64,000 bases of DNA from an uncultured Ardenticatenaceae bacterium (GCA_964384155.1 CAYLJW010000004.1:6428-70427), one strand, 5' to 3'; shown: positions 20,241-33,888, counted from the stretch's first letter. Notes: generated by a model not told the origin, from the sequence alone. Program-made: numbers and translations.

Positions 20241-20339
20241 TATCCCTCCAGGATCGTTTTGATTTCGTCTTCGGCAGCGATGACGCGCTTATACAAAGCG
20301 CACCAGGGAGCGTCGCACAGCGTTGTGCACAATTTACAG

Positions 20340-20368
20340 TGGACAAAGCATAGCCGCTTCGTTACACT
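20340..20368 (+). promoter_or_regulatory. candidate sigma70-like promoter of the ilv-leu leader (TGGACA-17 nt-TACACT)
   Basis: Hexamers at 20340-20345 and 20363-20368 with a 17-nt spacer. Confidence 0.3.
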
Positions 20369-20438
20369 GAAAAGCATCGCGCAAAGTGGCGCGGATCTTT
20401 TGGATGAAGAGAGAATCTTTTACAGACTTGTTGACCAG

Positions 20439-20534
20439 ATGATTTCTGCCAACATCCTTATCGTTGTCCTGCTTATCGGCCTGTTCCTTATTCTTATTGA
20501 GGAACCGAATACACCTGGACAGCCACGGATGTGA
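20439..20534 (+). CDS. candidate ilv-leu leader peptide MISANILIVVLLIGLFLILIEEPNTPGQPRM
   Basis: 31 codons, with 14 of codons 2-20 being Ile/Leu/Val. Located just upstream of a terminator and the BCAA operon. No strong SD is visible. Confidence 0.5.
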   Translation: MISANILIVVLLIGLFLILIEEPNTPGQPRM

Positions 20535-20566
20535 TGGTTTAGAAACCACCCAACACCAGAAAACGC

Positions 20567-20603
20567 AAAGGGCTGTCTACCAAGACAGCCCTTTTTGTTT
20601 TTT
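20567..20603 (+). terminator. intrinsic terminator / attenuator 31 nt upstream of ilvD
   Basis: AAAGGGCTGTCT-ACCA-AGACAGCCCTTT running into TTTTTGTTTTTT. No plus-strand gene ends nearby, so it is best read as a leader attenuator. Confidence 0.65.
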
Positions 20604-20634
20604 GGCCTAATGACAATGTGGAAAGAGGGAATCC

Positions 20635-22290
<1,656 letters not shown>

Positions 22291-22353
22291 GCAGGAACCG
22301 GTGATTGGAAGGCCGGCTGCTGGCGCTCGTGGCTTGCAGGCGGCAAGGAGACG

Positions 22354-24063
22354 ATGATGAAGAAAAGTGGCGCTGAAATCATGTGGGAGTGTCTGGTTCG
22401 CGAAGGCGTGGAGGTCGTCTTCGGGTATCCGGGCGGGGCGATTATGCCGGCATACGATGCCATGCTCGACTATCCCATCCACCATGTGCTGGTGCGCCAC
22501 GAACAGGGCGCGGCGCACATGGCCGACGGTTACGCGCGGGCCACAGGCAAAGTGGGCGTAGCGATGGCCACGTCGGGCCCCGGTGCGACCAACCTGGTCA
22601 CCGGTATTGTCACGGCGATGATGGACTCATCGCCCATTGTATGCATCACAGGGCAGGTGGCCTCGAACCTCATTGGCGGCGATGCTTTCCAGGAAACGGA
22701 TGTTACGGGCATTACGCTGCCCATCACCAAGCATAACTTCCTAGTGACGCGCGCGGACGAGATTGCGGAGGTGCTGCGCGAGGCGTTCTATATTGCGCGC
22801 AGCGGGCGGCCGGGTCCGGTGCTCATCGACATCTGCAAGAACGCGCAGGTGGAGCAGGCGGTGTTCGACTATCCGCAGCAGCCTAACATGCCGGGCTATA
22901 AGCCGCCGCAGCACGCGCCCGAAGCCGACCTACGCCATGCTGCGGCGCTCATTGCCGAGGCCGAACGACCGGTCATCCTGGCGGGACACGGCGTGCTCAA
23001 GTCTGGCGCGATGCAGGCGCTGCACGATTTTGCGGTGAAAACGCAAACGCCCGTAGCCATGACGCTGTTGGGCCTGGGCAGCCTGCCCGCTTCGCACCCG
23101 CTGAGCCTGGGCATGATGGGCATGCACGGCGAGGCCTACTGCAATAACGCCATCCAGCAGGCGGACCTGCTGCTGGCCTTTGGGATGCGTTTCGACGACC
23201 GCGTGACCGGCAACCTGCGTACCTATGCGCCGCGCGCGCGCAAAATTCACGTGGAAATCGATCCTTCCGAGGTGCATAAGAACGTGCGCGTGGATGTGCC
23301 CCTGGTGGGCGACCTGCGCACGGTGCTCCAGGATTTGCTGCCGCTCGTGGCGCCCGGCGACCATGAAGAATGGCTGGAACGAGTGGCCGAATGGAAGGGA
23401 GACACGGTGCAGCGGGATATCCTGGCCTGGCCCGAAGATGGGCTGCTCTACTCCTCACATGTCATTCGCGACATCTGGCAGCATACGGGCGGCGACTCGA
23501 TTGTGACCACCGACGTGGGCCAGCACCAGATGTGGACGGCGCAATATTACCACTTCGAGCAGCCTTACCGCCTCATTACATCGGGCGGCGCGGGCACCAT
23601 GGGCTTCGGTATGCCTGCGGCTATCGGCGCCTGGTTTGGCCACAAGGAGCGCGAGATCTGGGCCATTGTCGGAGACGGCGGCTTCCAGATGACACAAGCC
23701 GAGCTGGCGACCGCGGTGCAAGAGCAGGCCAACGTTAAAATTGCCATTTTGAACAACAGCTACCTGGGCATGGTGCGCCAGTGGCAGGAGTTCTTCTTCA
23801 AAAAACGGTATTCGGCTGTTTATATGAAGAACCCTGATTTCGTGAAACTGGCGGAGGCGCATGGCATTCCAGCGCGCAAGGTCACGAGCCGCGAAGAGGC
23901 CGGCGACGCGCTGCGCTTTGCCAGTGAGACGCCTGGCCCGGTGCTGCTCGAGTTTGTCGTGGAGATGGAAGAAGCCGTGTTCCCCATGGTGCCCGCAGGG
24001 GCCGACCTCGACGACATGATCCGCCGGCCGGTGCGGCGGGCGCAGGCAGAGGCAGCCGACTAG
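22354..24063 (+). CDS. ilvB: acetolactate synthase large subunit (biosynthetic)
   Basis: ThDP enzyme motifs (GYPGGAIMP, GPGATNLVTG, GDGGFQMTQAELAT...NN). Confidence 0.95.
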   Translation: MMKKSGAEIMWECLVREGVEVVFGYPGGAIMPAYDAMLDYPIHHVLVRHEQGAAHMADGYARATGKVGVAMATSGPGATNLVTGIVTAMMDSSPIVCITGQVASNLIGGDAFQETDVTGITLPITKHNFLVTRADEIAEVLREAFYIARSGRPGPVLIDICKNAQVEQAVFDYPQQPNMPGYKPPQHAPEADLRHAAALIAEAERPVILAGHGVLKSGAMQALHDFAVKTQTPVAMTLLGLGSLPASHPLSLGMMGMHGEAYCNNAIQQADLLLAFGMRFDDRVTGNLRTYAPRARKIHVEIDPSEVHKNVRVDVPLVGDLRTVLQDLLPLVAPGDHEEWLERVAEWKGDTVQRDILAWPEDGLLYSSHVIRDIWQHTGGDSIVTTDVGQHQMWTAQYYHFEQPYRLITSGGAGTMGFGMPAAIGAWFGHKEREIWAIVGDGGFQMTQAELATAVQEQANVKIAILNNSYLGMVRQWQEFFFKKRYSAVYMKNPDFVKLAEAHGIPARKVTSREEAGDALRFASETPGPVLLEFVVEMEEAVFPMVPAGADLDDMIRRPVRRAQAEAAD

Positions 24064-24105
24064 CGGGCGCCGCCGCCAAACGCCGTCTATGCAAAGGAGA
24101 GTATC

Positions 24106-25727
<1,622 letters not shown>

Positions 25728-25774
25728 GTAGCCGGGAAATCGTTTCAGGTAGAGCGTGTCTGCGCCAGCGGGCC

Positions 25775-27439
25775 ATGCTGCCGAAGGAGTTCATGATGAG
25801 CAACAACAGGGTAACGATCTTTGACACGACGCTGCGCGACGGCGAGCAATCGCCCGGTGCGACGCTGACCTCGGCCGAGAAGCTGGAGATTGCGCGCATG
25901 CTGGCGCGCCTGGGCGTGGACGTGATGGAAGCGGGCTTCCCGGCGGCCTCACCGGACGACCTGGAAGCCGTGCGCCAGATAGCCGACCAGGTGGGCAACA
26001 CGGAGCCGGCGCCCGGCCGCCTGCCGCCCGTTATCTGCGGCCTGGCGCGCGCCACACGCAGCGACATCGACCAGGCGTGGCAGGCGGTGCAGCACGCACA
26101 GCGTCCGCGCATCCACACTTTCCTGGCAACCTCGCCCATTCACATGAAGTACAAGCTGCGCATGGATCCGGAAGAAGTTGTGGATCAGGTGCGCGAAATG
26201 GTGGCCTACGCCCGCAGTTACTGCGACGACGTAGAGTTCTCGCCCGAAGACGCCGGGCGCAGCGACCCCGAATTCCTCTACCTGGTGTTGGGCGAAGCGA
26301 TTAAGGCCGGGGCCACCACGCTAAACATCCCCGACACCGTGGGCTACACGGTTCCCGACGAATTTGGCGCGCTGATCGCCGGCATCATGGCCAACACGCC
26401 GGGCATCGAAAACGCGGTCGTTTCCGTACACTGCCACAACGACCTGGGCCTGGCGACGGCTAACACGCTCGCCGGCGTGCAGGCCGGTGCGCGGCAGGTA
26501 GAAGTGACGATCAACGGCATTGGCGAGCGCGCCGGAAACACCTCGCTGGAAGAAGTGGTGATGAGCCTGCACACGCGGCGCGCGGCCTACAACCTGGAGA
26601 CGGGTATAGACACCACGCAGATCACGCGCGCCAGCCGCATGGTCTCCAACTATACCGGGCTGCCCGTGCAGCCCAACAAGGCCATCGTCGGCGCCAACGC
26701 CTTCGCCCACGAAGCCGGCATCCACCAGGACGGCATGCTAAAGCATGAGGAGACCTATGAGATCATGCGCCCGGAAACCGTGGGCCTGCAGCAGTCGGCC
26801 CTGGTGCTGGGCAAGCATTCGGGGCGGCACGCGCTCAAAGTGCGCCTGGCGGACTTGGGCTTTGAAATCGAAGATGCCGGCGAGCTGCAGCGCGTCTTCG
26901 CGCGCTTCAAAGAAGTGGCCGACAAGAAGAAGACGATTACCGACGCCGACCTGGAAGCCTTAATGGCCGATGAACGCTACCAGCCGCGTGAAATCTTTCG
27001 CCTGCAAGGGCTGCAGGTGGCCTGTGGCACGATGGGTATGGCCACGGCAACCTTGCGCCTGGAGGGGCCTGATGGCCTGACGCACACACAGGCGGCCGTG
27101 GGCAGCGGGCCGGTCGACGCCGCCTACAAGGCAATTGACGCCATCGTCTGCGCGCCCAACAAGCTGCTGGAGTTTGCCGTGCGATCCGTCACCGAGGGCA
27201 TCGACGCCATCGGTGAGGTGAGCGTGCGCCTGGAGGCGGATAACGGCGGCCGGCAGACGCGCACGTTGCCGCAAACTGGACGGGAGCAGGCGCGCACGTT
27301 CGGGGGGCATGGCGCGGACACGGACATTATCGTGGCCAGCGCCAACGCCTATCTCGCGGCCCTGAACAAATTGCTGGCGGCGACCGGCCGCTACGACGCG
27401 CAAGTAGATGCGCCCGCCATGCAGGCGGCTGTGGCTTAA
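25775..27439 (+). CDS. leuA: 2-isopropylmalate synthase
   Basis: [23 protein letters not shown], and a LeuA dimerisation/regulatory C-terminal domain. The start is probably ATG 25793 or 25796, after AAGGAG. Confidence 0.95.
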   Translation: MLPKEFMMSNNRVTIFDTTLRDGEQSPGATLTSAEKLEIARMLARLGVDVMEAGFPAASPDDLEAVRQIADQVGNTEPAPGRLPPVICGLARATRSDIDQAWQAVQHAQRPRIHTFLATSPIHMKYKLRMDPEEVVDQVREMVAYARSYCDDVEFSPEDAGRSDPEFLYLVLGEAIKAGATTLNIPDTVGYTVPDEFGALIAGIMANTPGIENAVVSVHCHNDLGLATANTLAGVQAGARQVEVTINGIGERAGNTSLEEVVMSLHTRRAAYNLETGIDTTQITRASRMVSNYTGLPVQPNKAIVGANAFAHEAGIHQDGMLKHEETYEIMRPETVGLQQSALVLGKHSGRHALKVRLADLGFEIEDAGELQRVFARFKEVADKKKTITDADLEALMADERYQPREIFRLQGLQVACGTMGMATATLRLEGPDGLTHTQAAVGSGPVDAAYKAIDAIVCAPNKLLEFAVRSVTEGIDAIGEVSVRLEADNGGRQTRTLPQTGREQARTFGGHGADTDIIVASANAYLAALNKLLAATGRYDAQVDAPAMQAAVA

Positions 27440-27468
27440 TTAGCCAAAAGAAAGAGGCGTAAACGCTT

Positions 27469-28875
27469 ATGACCCAACCTAAGACCCTCTTCGACAAAAT
27501 CTGGGATAGCCACGTGGTGCTCGACGAGGAAGGCGCGCCCACCGTGCTGTACATCGACCTGCACCTGGTGCACGAAGTGACCTCACCGCAGGCGTTTAGC
27601 GGGCTGCGACGGCGCGGGCTGAAAGTACGGCGACCCGACCTGACCTTAGCCACCATGGACCATTCCACGCCGACTACGGGCCTCGATTTGCCTATGCTCG
27701 ACGCACAGGCCGCGCAGCAACTGGCGCAACTGGCGCAAAACTGCCGCGCCTTTGGCGTACCACTTTTCGACATGCACAGCGCCGAGCGTGGCATTGTGCA
27801 CGTCATCGGGCCTGAGCAAGGCTTTACGCAGCCGGGCAAGACCATCGTCTGCGGCGACAGCCACACCTCGACGCACGGCGCTTTCGGCGCGTTGGCCTTT
27901 GGCATTGGCACCAGCGAAGTCGAGCACGTATTGGCCACGCAATGCCTTTTGCAATACCGGCCCAAGACCTTTCTGGTGAATTTCGACGGGCAGCTTGCGC
28001 CAGGCGTGACGGCTAAAGACATGATCCTGGCCCTGATCGCCAAAATCGGGGTCGGCGGCGGCACGGGCCACGTGCTGGAATATGCCGGTTCGGCTGTGCG
28101 CAGCCTGTCTATGGAAGCGCGCATGACGCTGTGTAACATGTCGATTGAAGGCGGCGCGCGCGCGGGCATGATCGCGCCCGACGAGACCACATTTGAGTAT
28201 GTCGCCGGGCGCCCGCAGGCGCCGCAGGGGGCTGCCTGGGATCGAGCCGTCGCCGCCTGGCGCGCCCTGCCCAGCGACGAAGGGGCGAACTATGATCGCA
28301 GCATCACCGTCGACGTGGACAGCCTGGAGCCGATGATTACGTATGGCACCAACCCCGGCATGGGCCTGCCAATTAGCCAGCCTGTGCCCGACCCCGCCAC
28401 GGCAGGCGACCCTGCCGGCCGCGCCTCGCTGGAAAAGGCGCTGCGCTACATGGACCTGCAGCCGGGCCGGCCGCTGCTGGGGCATAAGATAGACGTCGTC
28501 TTTCTCGGTAGCTGTACCAACGCGCGCCTCTCCGATTTGCGCGAAGCGGCGCGCCTGATGCGCGGCCGCAAGGTAGCGCCCGGCGTGCGCATGCTGGTGG
28601 TGCCGGGCTCTGAAAATGTGCGCCGCGAGGCGGAAGCCGAAGGCCTGCACCAGGTCTTTATAAAAGCCGGCGCCGAATGGCGCAATGCCGGATGCTCGAT
28701 GTGCATTGCCATGAACGGCGACCAGCTTGCGCCCGGACAGGTGGCCATCAGCACCAGCAACCGCAACTTTGAGGGCCGGCAAGGACCCGGCGGCCGCACA
28801 TTCCTCGCCAGCCCGCTCACAGCCGCCGCCAGCGCGGTTACCGGACAGGTTACCGACCCGCGGAGCTTACAATGA
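27469..28875 (+). CDS. leuC: 3-isopropylmalate dehydratase large subunit
   Basis: Aconitase-family Fe-S ligand motifs ([27 protein letters not shown]). Confidence 0.95.
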   Translation: MTQPKTLFDKIWDSHVVLDEEGAPTVLYIDLHLVHEVTSPQAFSGLRRRGLKVRRPDLTLATMDHSTPTTGLDLPMLDAQAAQQLAQLAQNCRAFGVPLFDMHSAERGIVHVIGPEQGFTQPGKTIVCGDSHTSTHGAFGALAFGIGTSEVEHVLATQCLLQYRPKTFLVNFDGQLAPGVTAKDMILALIAKIGVGGGTGHVLEYAGSAVRSLSMEARMTLCNMSIEGGARAGMIAPDETTFEYVAGRPQAPQGAAWDRAVAAWRALPSDEGANYDRSITVDVDSLEPMITYGTNPGMGLPISQPVPDPATAGDPAGRASLEKALRYMDLQPGRPLLGHKIDVVFLGSCTNARLSDLREAARLMRGRKVAPGVRMLVVPGSENVRREAEAEGLHQVFIKAGAEWRNAGCSMCIAMNGDQLAPGQVAISTSNRNFEGRQGPGGRTFLASPLTAAASAVTGQVTDPRSLQ

Positions 28876-29465
28876 GAGCCTTCCAAACGCTAAGTTCGAC
28901 CGTCGTGACCGTGCCTTACGACAATATCGATACCGACCAGATCATTCCGGCCAGTTACCTGAAGGTGACGGATAAGGAAGGGCTGGCGCAGGGCCTCTTC
29001 GCGCGCTGGCGCTACGCGGCCGATGGGCAGCCGGTCCCCGACTTTCCGCTGAACCAGGCGCAGCGTCGCGGTGGGCAGGTGCTGCTCGCCGGCGACAACT
29101 TTGGCTGCGGCTCTTCGCGTGAGCACGCGCCGTGGGCCTTGCTTGGCTTCGGCTTTCGCGCCGTGATCAGCACCTCATTTGCCGATATCTTCCGCAACAA
29201 TGCGTTGAAGAACGGCCTGCTGCCGGTGGCCATCGCGCCGCAGGCGCACGCGCTCCTGCTGGCGCAGACGCAGGCCGACCCGCGGGCCGTGGTGACCATC
29301 GACCTGTCGTCGCAGACGGTAACCTTGCCCGATGGCCAGGCGGCGCACTTTGCCATCGATAGCTTTAGCAAGCGCTGCTTGCTGCAAGGCGTCGATCAGC
29401 TTGGCTATCTTCTCCATCAGTTGTCGCGCATCGAGGAGTATGAACGTAGCAGGGCAGCGGCATAG
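28872..29465 (+). CDS. leuD: 3-isopropylmalate dehydratase small subunit
   Basis: ATGA overlap with leu[18 protein letters not shown] swivel-domain motif. Confidence 0.95.
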   Translation: MRAFQTLSSTVVTVPYDNIDTDQIIPASYLKVTDKEGLAQGLFARWRYAADGQPVPDFPLNQAQRRGGQVLLAGDNFGCGSSREHAPWALLGFGFRAVISTSFADIFRNNALKNGLLPVAIAPQAHALLLAQTQADPRAVVTIDLSSQTVTLPDGQAAHFAIDSFSKRCLLQGVDQLGYLLHQLSRIEEYERSRAAA

Positions 29466-29492
29466 CCGCTGAGCCCTTGCTCTGAAAGCGTA

Positions 29493-31106
29493 ATGGATAT
29501 AGAGGCCAACATGACCGGACCAGTCGCCATCTATGACACCACCCTGCGCGACGGCGCGCAGCGCGAAGGCATTTCGCTCTCCCTGGCGGACAAGCTGAAG
29601 ATTGCGCGCCGCCTGGACGAGTTCGGCGTGCACTATATCGAAGGCGGCTGGCCCGGCTCGAACCCAAAAGATGAGGAGTTTTTTCGCGCTGCGCGCGATG
29701 TCGACTGGCGTCGCGCGCGCATTACAGCCTTTGGCAGCACGCGCCGTAAACATTGCGCGCCGGCCGGCGACTCCAACATGCTCGCGCTGCTGCAGGCGCG
29801 GACGCCCGTCGTGACGCTGGTGGGCAAAAGCTGGGACCTGCATGTCTTCGAGGTGTTAGAAACAGACCTCGAAGAGAACCTGGCGATGATCGCAGACAGC
29901 GTAGCTTATCTGAAAGAACTGGGCAAAGAGGTGATTTACGATGCCGAACATTTCTTTGACGGTTACAAGGCCAACCCCGACTACGCCATACTTTGTGCGC
30001 GCGTGGCGGCTGAGGCGGGTGCAGATACGGTGGTGCTGTGCGACACCAACGGCGGCTCGCTGCCCTGGGAAGTAGAACGCATTGTGCGCCGCGTGGCGCA
30101 GAACGTGGACGCGCCGTTAGGTATCCATACGCACGACGACGGCGGCTGTGGAGTGGCCAACACCCTGGCCGCCGTGCAGGCCGGCGCTGTGCATGTGCAG
30201 GGCACCATCAACGGCTATGGCGAGCGCGTGGGCAACGCCAATTTGTGCATTATCGTGCCCGACCTGCAGCTAAAAATGGGCCGCACCTGTGTTGCGCCGG
30301 ACCAATTGCAGCGGCTCACTGAGCTGGCGCGCTACGTGGCTGAGGTGGCCAACCTGCCGCACGGCAGCCACCAGCCCTTCGTCGGCGACAGCGCTTTTGC
30401 GCATAAGGGCGGTATTCATGTGGCGGCCATGCGCAAAAATGAGCACAGCTACCAGCACATCGATCCGGCTCTGGTAGGTAACCGGCGGCGCACGGTGATT
30501 TCCGAGCTGTCGGGGCGCGGCAACGTACTGGATAAGGCCGACGAGTTTGGCATCGACGTGGACGGCGCTCAGGCGCGCGAAGTGGTGCAGCACATTAAGA
30601 GCCTGGAGGCCAGCGGCTTTGCCTTTGAAAGCGCCGAAGCGTCGCTCGATCTGATGCTGCGCCGCCTGCAGCCTGGCTACCGGCCGCCCTTCGAGCTGTT
30701 GGATTACACTGTGCTGGTGCGCCATGACAGCGATAGCGGGGCGCTCGCCGACGCCACGGTGAAGGTGCGCATCGGTGAGCGCGTGCTGCATACTGCCGCC
30801 GAAGGCAACGGGCCAGTGAATGCCCTGGACGGCGCGCTGCGTAAAGCGCTGCTCGACGCCTACCCGCAGTTGGCCGACGTGCGGCTGAGCGATTACAAAG
30901 TGCGTATCCTCGACGGCGACAGCGCTACGGCGGCCGTTGTGCGTGTGCTGATCGACACCGAAGATGGACGCCGCCGTTGGAGTACGGTGGGCGCCAGCGC
31001 CAATATTATCGAAGCCAGCTGGCGCGCGCTGACCGATAGTATGGAATTTGCCCTGCTGAACGGTCACGAGAACCTGGCGCCGCAGCAGGTAATGGTTAGC
31101 CGCTAG
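29493..31106 (+). CDS. cimA: (R)-citramalate synthase-type LeuA paralogue
   Basis: [48 protein letters not shown] is the N-terminal pattern of the CimA subfamily rather than LeuA. The start may be ATG 29511. Confidence 0.75.
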   Translation: MDIEANMTGPVAIYDTTLRDGAQREGISLSLADKLKIARRLDEFGVHYIEGGWPGSNPKDEEFFRAARDVDWRRARITAFGSTRRKHCAPAGDSNMLALLQARTPVVTLVGKSWDLHVFEVLETDLEENLAMIADSVAYLKELGKEVIYDAEHFFDGYKANPDYAILCARVAAEAGADTVVLCDTNGGSLPWEVERIVRRVAQNVDAPLGIHTHDDGGCGVANTLAAVQAGAVHVQGTINGYGERVGNANLCIIVPDLQLKMGRTCVAPDQLQRLTELARYVAEVANLPHGSHQPFVGDSAFAHKGGIHVAAMRKNEHSYQHIDPALVGNRRRTVISELSGRGNVLDKADEFGIDVDGAQAREVVQHIKSLEASGFAFESAEASLDLMLRRLQPGYRPPFELLDYTVLVRHDSDSGALADATVKVRIGERVLHTAAEGNGPVNALDGALRKALLDAYPQLADVRLSDYKVRILDGDSATAAVVRVLIDTEDGRRRWSTVGASANIIEASWRALTDSMEFALLNGHENLAPQQVMVSR

Positions 31107-31119
31107 CCGTAGGAGACCT

Positions 31120-32214
31120 ATGAAAGCGCACATTGTGCTGTTACCCGGTGATGGCATTGGCCCTGAAGTCGTGGAGGCTGCCCTGCAGGTGCTGCATACG
31201 GTCGGCAGGCTGTTCCAGCACGCCTTCCAAACGGAGCAGCGGTTGCTGGGTGGCTGCGCCATCGAGGCCAGGGGTACGGCTCTGCCGGAAGACACGCTGC
31301 AGGCGTGCCGGCAGGCCGACGCTGTGCTGCTGGGGGCTGTGGGCGGCCCGCAGTGGGATGCTCCCAGCGCCGCCGTGCGCCCGGAACAAGGGCTTCTTGG
31401 GATCCGCCAGGCGTTGGGGCTTTATGCCAACCTGCGACCGGCCAGGCCACACCCCAGCCTCGCCGCCGCCTCGCCCCTGCGCCCGGAACGGCTGCAGGGC
31501 GTCGACTTGCTGGTGGTGCGCGAGCTGACCGGCGGCGTTTATTTTGGCCGGCCGCGTGAGCGGCGTTTTGAAAATGGTGAGTGGCTGGCCCTGGACACCA
31601 TGGTTTATAAAGAACATGAGATCCGCCGCGTGGCGCGCCTGGCCTTCGACATGGCGCGCCAGCGCCGCCACAAAGTGAGCTCGGTGGATAAAGCCAACGT
31701 GCTGGAAAGCTCGCGGCTGTGGCGGCAGACGGTGAGCGAGGTGGCCGCGGAATATCCGGATGTCGTCTGCGAGCATTTGTTGGTGGATGCGGCGACGATG
31801 TACCTGCTGAGCCGCCCTGCGAGCTTTGACGTGCTGGTCACAACCAATCTGTTTGGCGACATCCTCACCGACGAGGCGTCGATGCTCACCGGCTCGCTGG
31901 GCAACCTGCCTTCCGCTTCGTTGGGCGAAGCCCATAACCGGCATGGTTTGCGGCGCGGCCTGTACGAGCCTGTTCACGGTTCGGCCCCCGACATTGCAGG
32001 GCAGGGCGTAGCCAACCCCATTGGCGCCATTCTTTCAGTGGCCATGATGCTGCGGCACTCGTTTTGCCTGGAGCGCGAAGCCACAGCCGTCGAAGCGGCC
32101 GTGGAGCGCACGCTGCTGGCCGGGCGCCGCACCGCAGACCTGGCGCTGGATGGCGAAACGCCGCAAAGCACGGCGGAGATGACGGATCTTATCGTGGAGG
32201 CGCTGGGTGGCTAG
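31120..32214 (+). CDS. leuB: 3-isopropylmalate dehydrogenase
   Basis: [30 protein letters not shown] and overall IPMDH length. Confidence 0.95.
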   Translation: MKAHIVLLPGDGIGPEVVEAALQVLHTVGRLFQHAFQTEQRLLGGCAIEARGTALPEDTLQACRQADAVLLGAVGGPQWDAPSAAVRPEQGLLGIRQALGLYANLRPARPHPSLAAASPLRPERLQGVDLLVVRELTGGVYFGRPRERRFENGEWLALDTMVYKEHEIRRVARLAFDMARQRRHKVSSVDKANVLESSRLWRQTVSEVAAEYPDVVCEHLLVDAATMYLLSRPASFDVLVTTNLFGDILTDEASMLTGSLGNLPSASLGEAHNRHGLRRGLYEPVHGSAPDIAGQGVANPIGAILSVAMMLRHSFCLEREATAVEAAVERTLLAGRRTADLALDGETPQSTAEMTDLIVEALGG

Positions 32215-32234
32215 CGCATAATGATGAATGAGGA

Positions 32235-33233
32235 GTGCGTAAGATGAGGCGAAACATCTATTCGACGGACGGGCGCGGCGCAGTTGATTTTGATCCCTAC
32301 CCCCTGCAAGCTCCGGCGCCGCAACGCGCTACGACGCCCTTGTTCTATGACTGTGTGTGGATCAACGGCGAGCTGGTACCAGCCGAAGATGCGCACGTTG
32401 GCGATGAGCCGGCCATTTGTGAGGAGATTCGCTGCTACGACACGGAACGCGGTCCGGCCATTTTCAGGCTGGAGAACCACCTGCAGCGCTTCCTGAAAGC
32501 AGCCCACACCATGGATGCGGGCGACCTGCGCTATAACATGCTGGAGCTGCGCCGCGCCGTGCACGTGACGGCGTATGTGAACAACCTCTCGTCGGGCACG
32601 GTGCGGCCGATTGTCTATGCCGACCGCCGGCGCGCCGCCGGCTCTTACCCCACCGTGGCTGTGGTGGCGGCGACGCAAGCCGCGCCGGACGCAGCCAGTG
32701 TAGCTCGCGACGGTGTGCGCTTGCAGACTGTGCCTGTCCAGCAGAAAAGCCCAGGCAACGTCCTTTCGCGCCAGACGCTTCAGCAGCGCACGGCCCGCGC
32801 CACACAGGCGCGGCTGGCGGCGCGGCGCGCGCAGTTCGACGAAGCCGTGCTGCTGGGACCCAACGGCATGGTGATCGATTGCACGGGCGGCAACTTGTTC
32901 CTGGTTCATGACGGTGTGGTGCATACGTCGCCTGCAGACGGCGACAATGACGTGGCCCGCGACACGGCGATTACGCTGCTGTACGATATGGGCTATGACG
33001 TCGTGGCACAGCCTACCAGCCGCAAGCTGCTCTTGCGCGCCGAGGAGCTATTCCTGTGGAGGGCCGGCGGCGAGCTGCTGACCGTGGCGCAGCTAGACGA
33101 TCGCCCCTTTGACCAGGCTTCAAGCGTGACGGTCACCAGCCGTCTGCAGCAGCTCTTTGCAGCGACCACACGTGGCCGCGCACGTCGCTCGCGCGGCTGG
33201 CTGGAATACGTGATGATGGAGCCGCTTTTCTAG
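32235..33233 (+). CDS. divergent class IV (branched-chain/D-amino-acid) aminotransferase-like protein
   Basis: Recognisable fold-type IV blocks (AIFRLENHLQRF, DEAVLLGPNGMVIDCTGGNLFLV, AEELFL), but several conserved segments are degenerate and an Arg/Ala-rich insert is present. Last gene of the ilv-leu operon. Confidence 0.55.
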   Translation: MRKMRRNIYSTDGRGAVDFDPYPLQAPAPQRATTPLFYDCVWINGELVPAEDAHVGDEPAICEEIRCYDTERGPAIFRLENHLQRFLKAAHTMDAGDLRYNMLELRRAVHVTAYVNNLSSGTVRPIVYADRRRAAGSYPTVAVVAATQAAPDAASVARDGVRLQTVPVQQKSPGNVLSRQTLQQRTARATQARLAARRAQFDEAVLLGPNGMVIDCTGGNLFLVHDGVVHTSPADGDNDVARDTAITLLYDMGYDVVAQPTSRKLLLRAEELFLWRAGGELLTVAQLDDRPFDQASSVTVTSRLQQLFAATTRGRARRSRGWLEYVMMEPLF

Positions 33234-33353
33234 CGACGGTCAGAATTAACGCAAACCCAACGTCCACCTGCGCTAATTTAGTTGAATGAAATAGAACATA
33301 TGTGCTAAAATTTGGTCCGTCAACCTTATCCTGTACCGTCCTTGCGATTGCTG

Positions 33354-33392
33354 GCCGGGATCCTTGTCATCAGACATTGATCCCGGCTTTTT
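33354..33392 (+). terminator. rho-independent terminator ending the ilv-leu operon
   Basis: GCCGGGATC...GATCCCGGC stem (with an inner TGTC/GACA extension) followed by TTTTT. Confidence 0.65.
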
Positions 33393-33501
33393 CGATTAGC
33401 GCGGGCGGTGCGGGCAGGTTGGCAATGGGCTTGAGACGTGAGCGGTTACGTTGTTGTCCTTTGTTCAGGGTCGTTCGTTCTAGTATGGAGGAACCAAAAC
33501 A

Positions 33502-33888
33502 ATGGAGAATCGTTCACCCCTGGCGCAAGCATGTGCGAACCCGCACTGCACGCGCCACAAGATTCATGCCGCTAACCGCTGCCAGGCCTGCTATTCGTTC
33601 TTGCGCCGGCATGGGCGCGATGCCACGCCCGCCGATATGGTCATGCGCAAGAAAGAGGAAGGTAACTGCTGCAATTGTGGCGCCGTGCTGGTCTATGCAC
33701 GCGCACGCTGTAAGCGATGCTATCAGTATCGGCTGCGCACCGGGCGCGAGCGGCTGGTGGAAAGGACAGTCGGCAAAGGCCTGTGCCTGAACTGTGGCGA
33801 GCGCCCTCGTTATCGCCGGGGGCGCTGCCGAAGCTGCTTTGGTTATCTGCGCCTTCACCGCCGCGACCGGCAGGAGGCGGCATCATGA
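33502..33888 (+). CDS. small basic protein with three tandem CxxC-x10-CxxC zinc-ribbon repeats
   Basis: Repeats are CANPHC..RCQACYSFLRRHGRD, CCNCG..RCKRCYQYRLRTGRER and CLNCG..RCRSCFGYLRLHRRDR. GGAGGA lies 9 nt before the ATG. No family could be assigned from memory. Confidence 0.6.
   Translation: MENRSPLAQACANPHCTRHKIHAANRCQACYSFLRRHGRDATPADMVMRKKEEGNCCNCGAVLVYARARCKRCYQYRLRTGRERLVERTVGKGLCLNCGERPRYRRGRCRSCFGYLRLHRRDRQEAAS

Noticed and set aside
20259-20534. The full 91-aa plus-strand ORF from the track
   Set aside because: The N-terminal 60 codons overlap the decayed toxin-antitoxin locus and the predicted promoter, and show no protein-like features. Only the last 31 codons (from ATG 20439) make sense, as a leader peptide.
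20334-20549. 71-aa minus-strand ORF as the antitoxin partner of the RelE/ParE pseudogene
   Set aside because: It is in a different frame from the reading frame that abuts the toxin start. It ends 92 nt before the toxin, and it is dominated by an N/K/D/Q low-complexity run that is simply the reverse complement of the Ile/Leu/Val codon run. At best it is a frameshifted remnant, and this is left unresolved.
20375-20634. T-box riboswitch upstream of ilvD
   Set aside because: No T-box consensus (GGGUGGNACCGCG) is present on the plus strand. The only GGGTGG-like string lies on the opposite strand. The leader is also short for a T-box.
33302-33790. 162-aa plus-strand ORF overlapping the operon terminator and the zinc-ribbon gene
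   Set aside because: It starts inside the intergenic terminator region and runs out of frame across the repeat-containing gene, which has an RBS and a clear internal repeat structure. It has no motifs.
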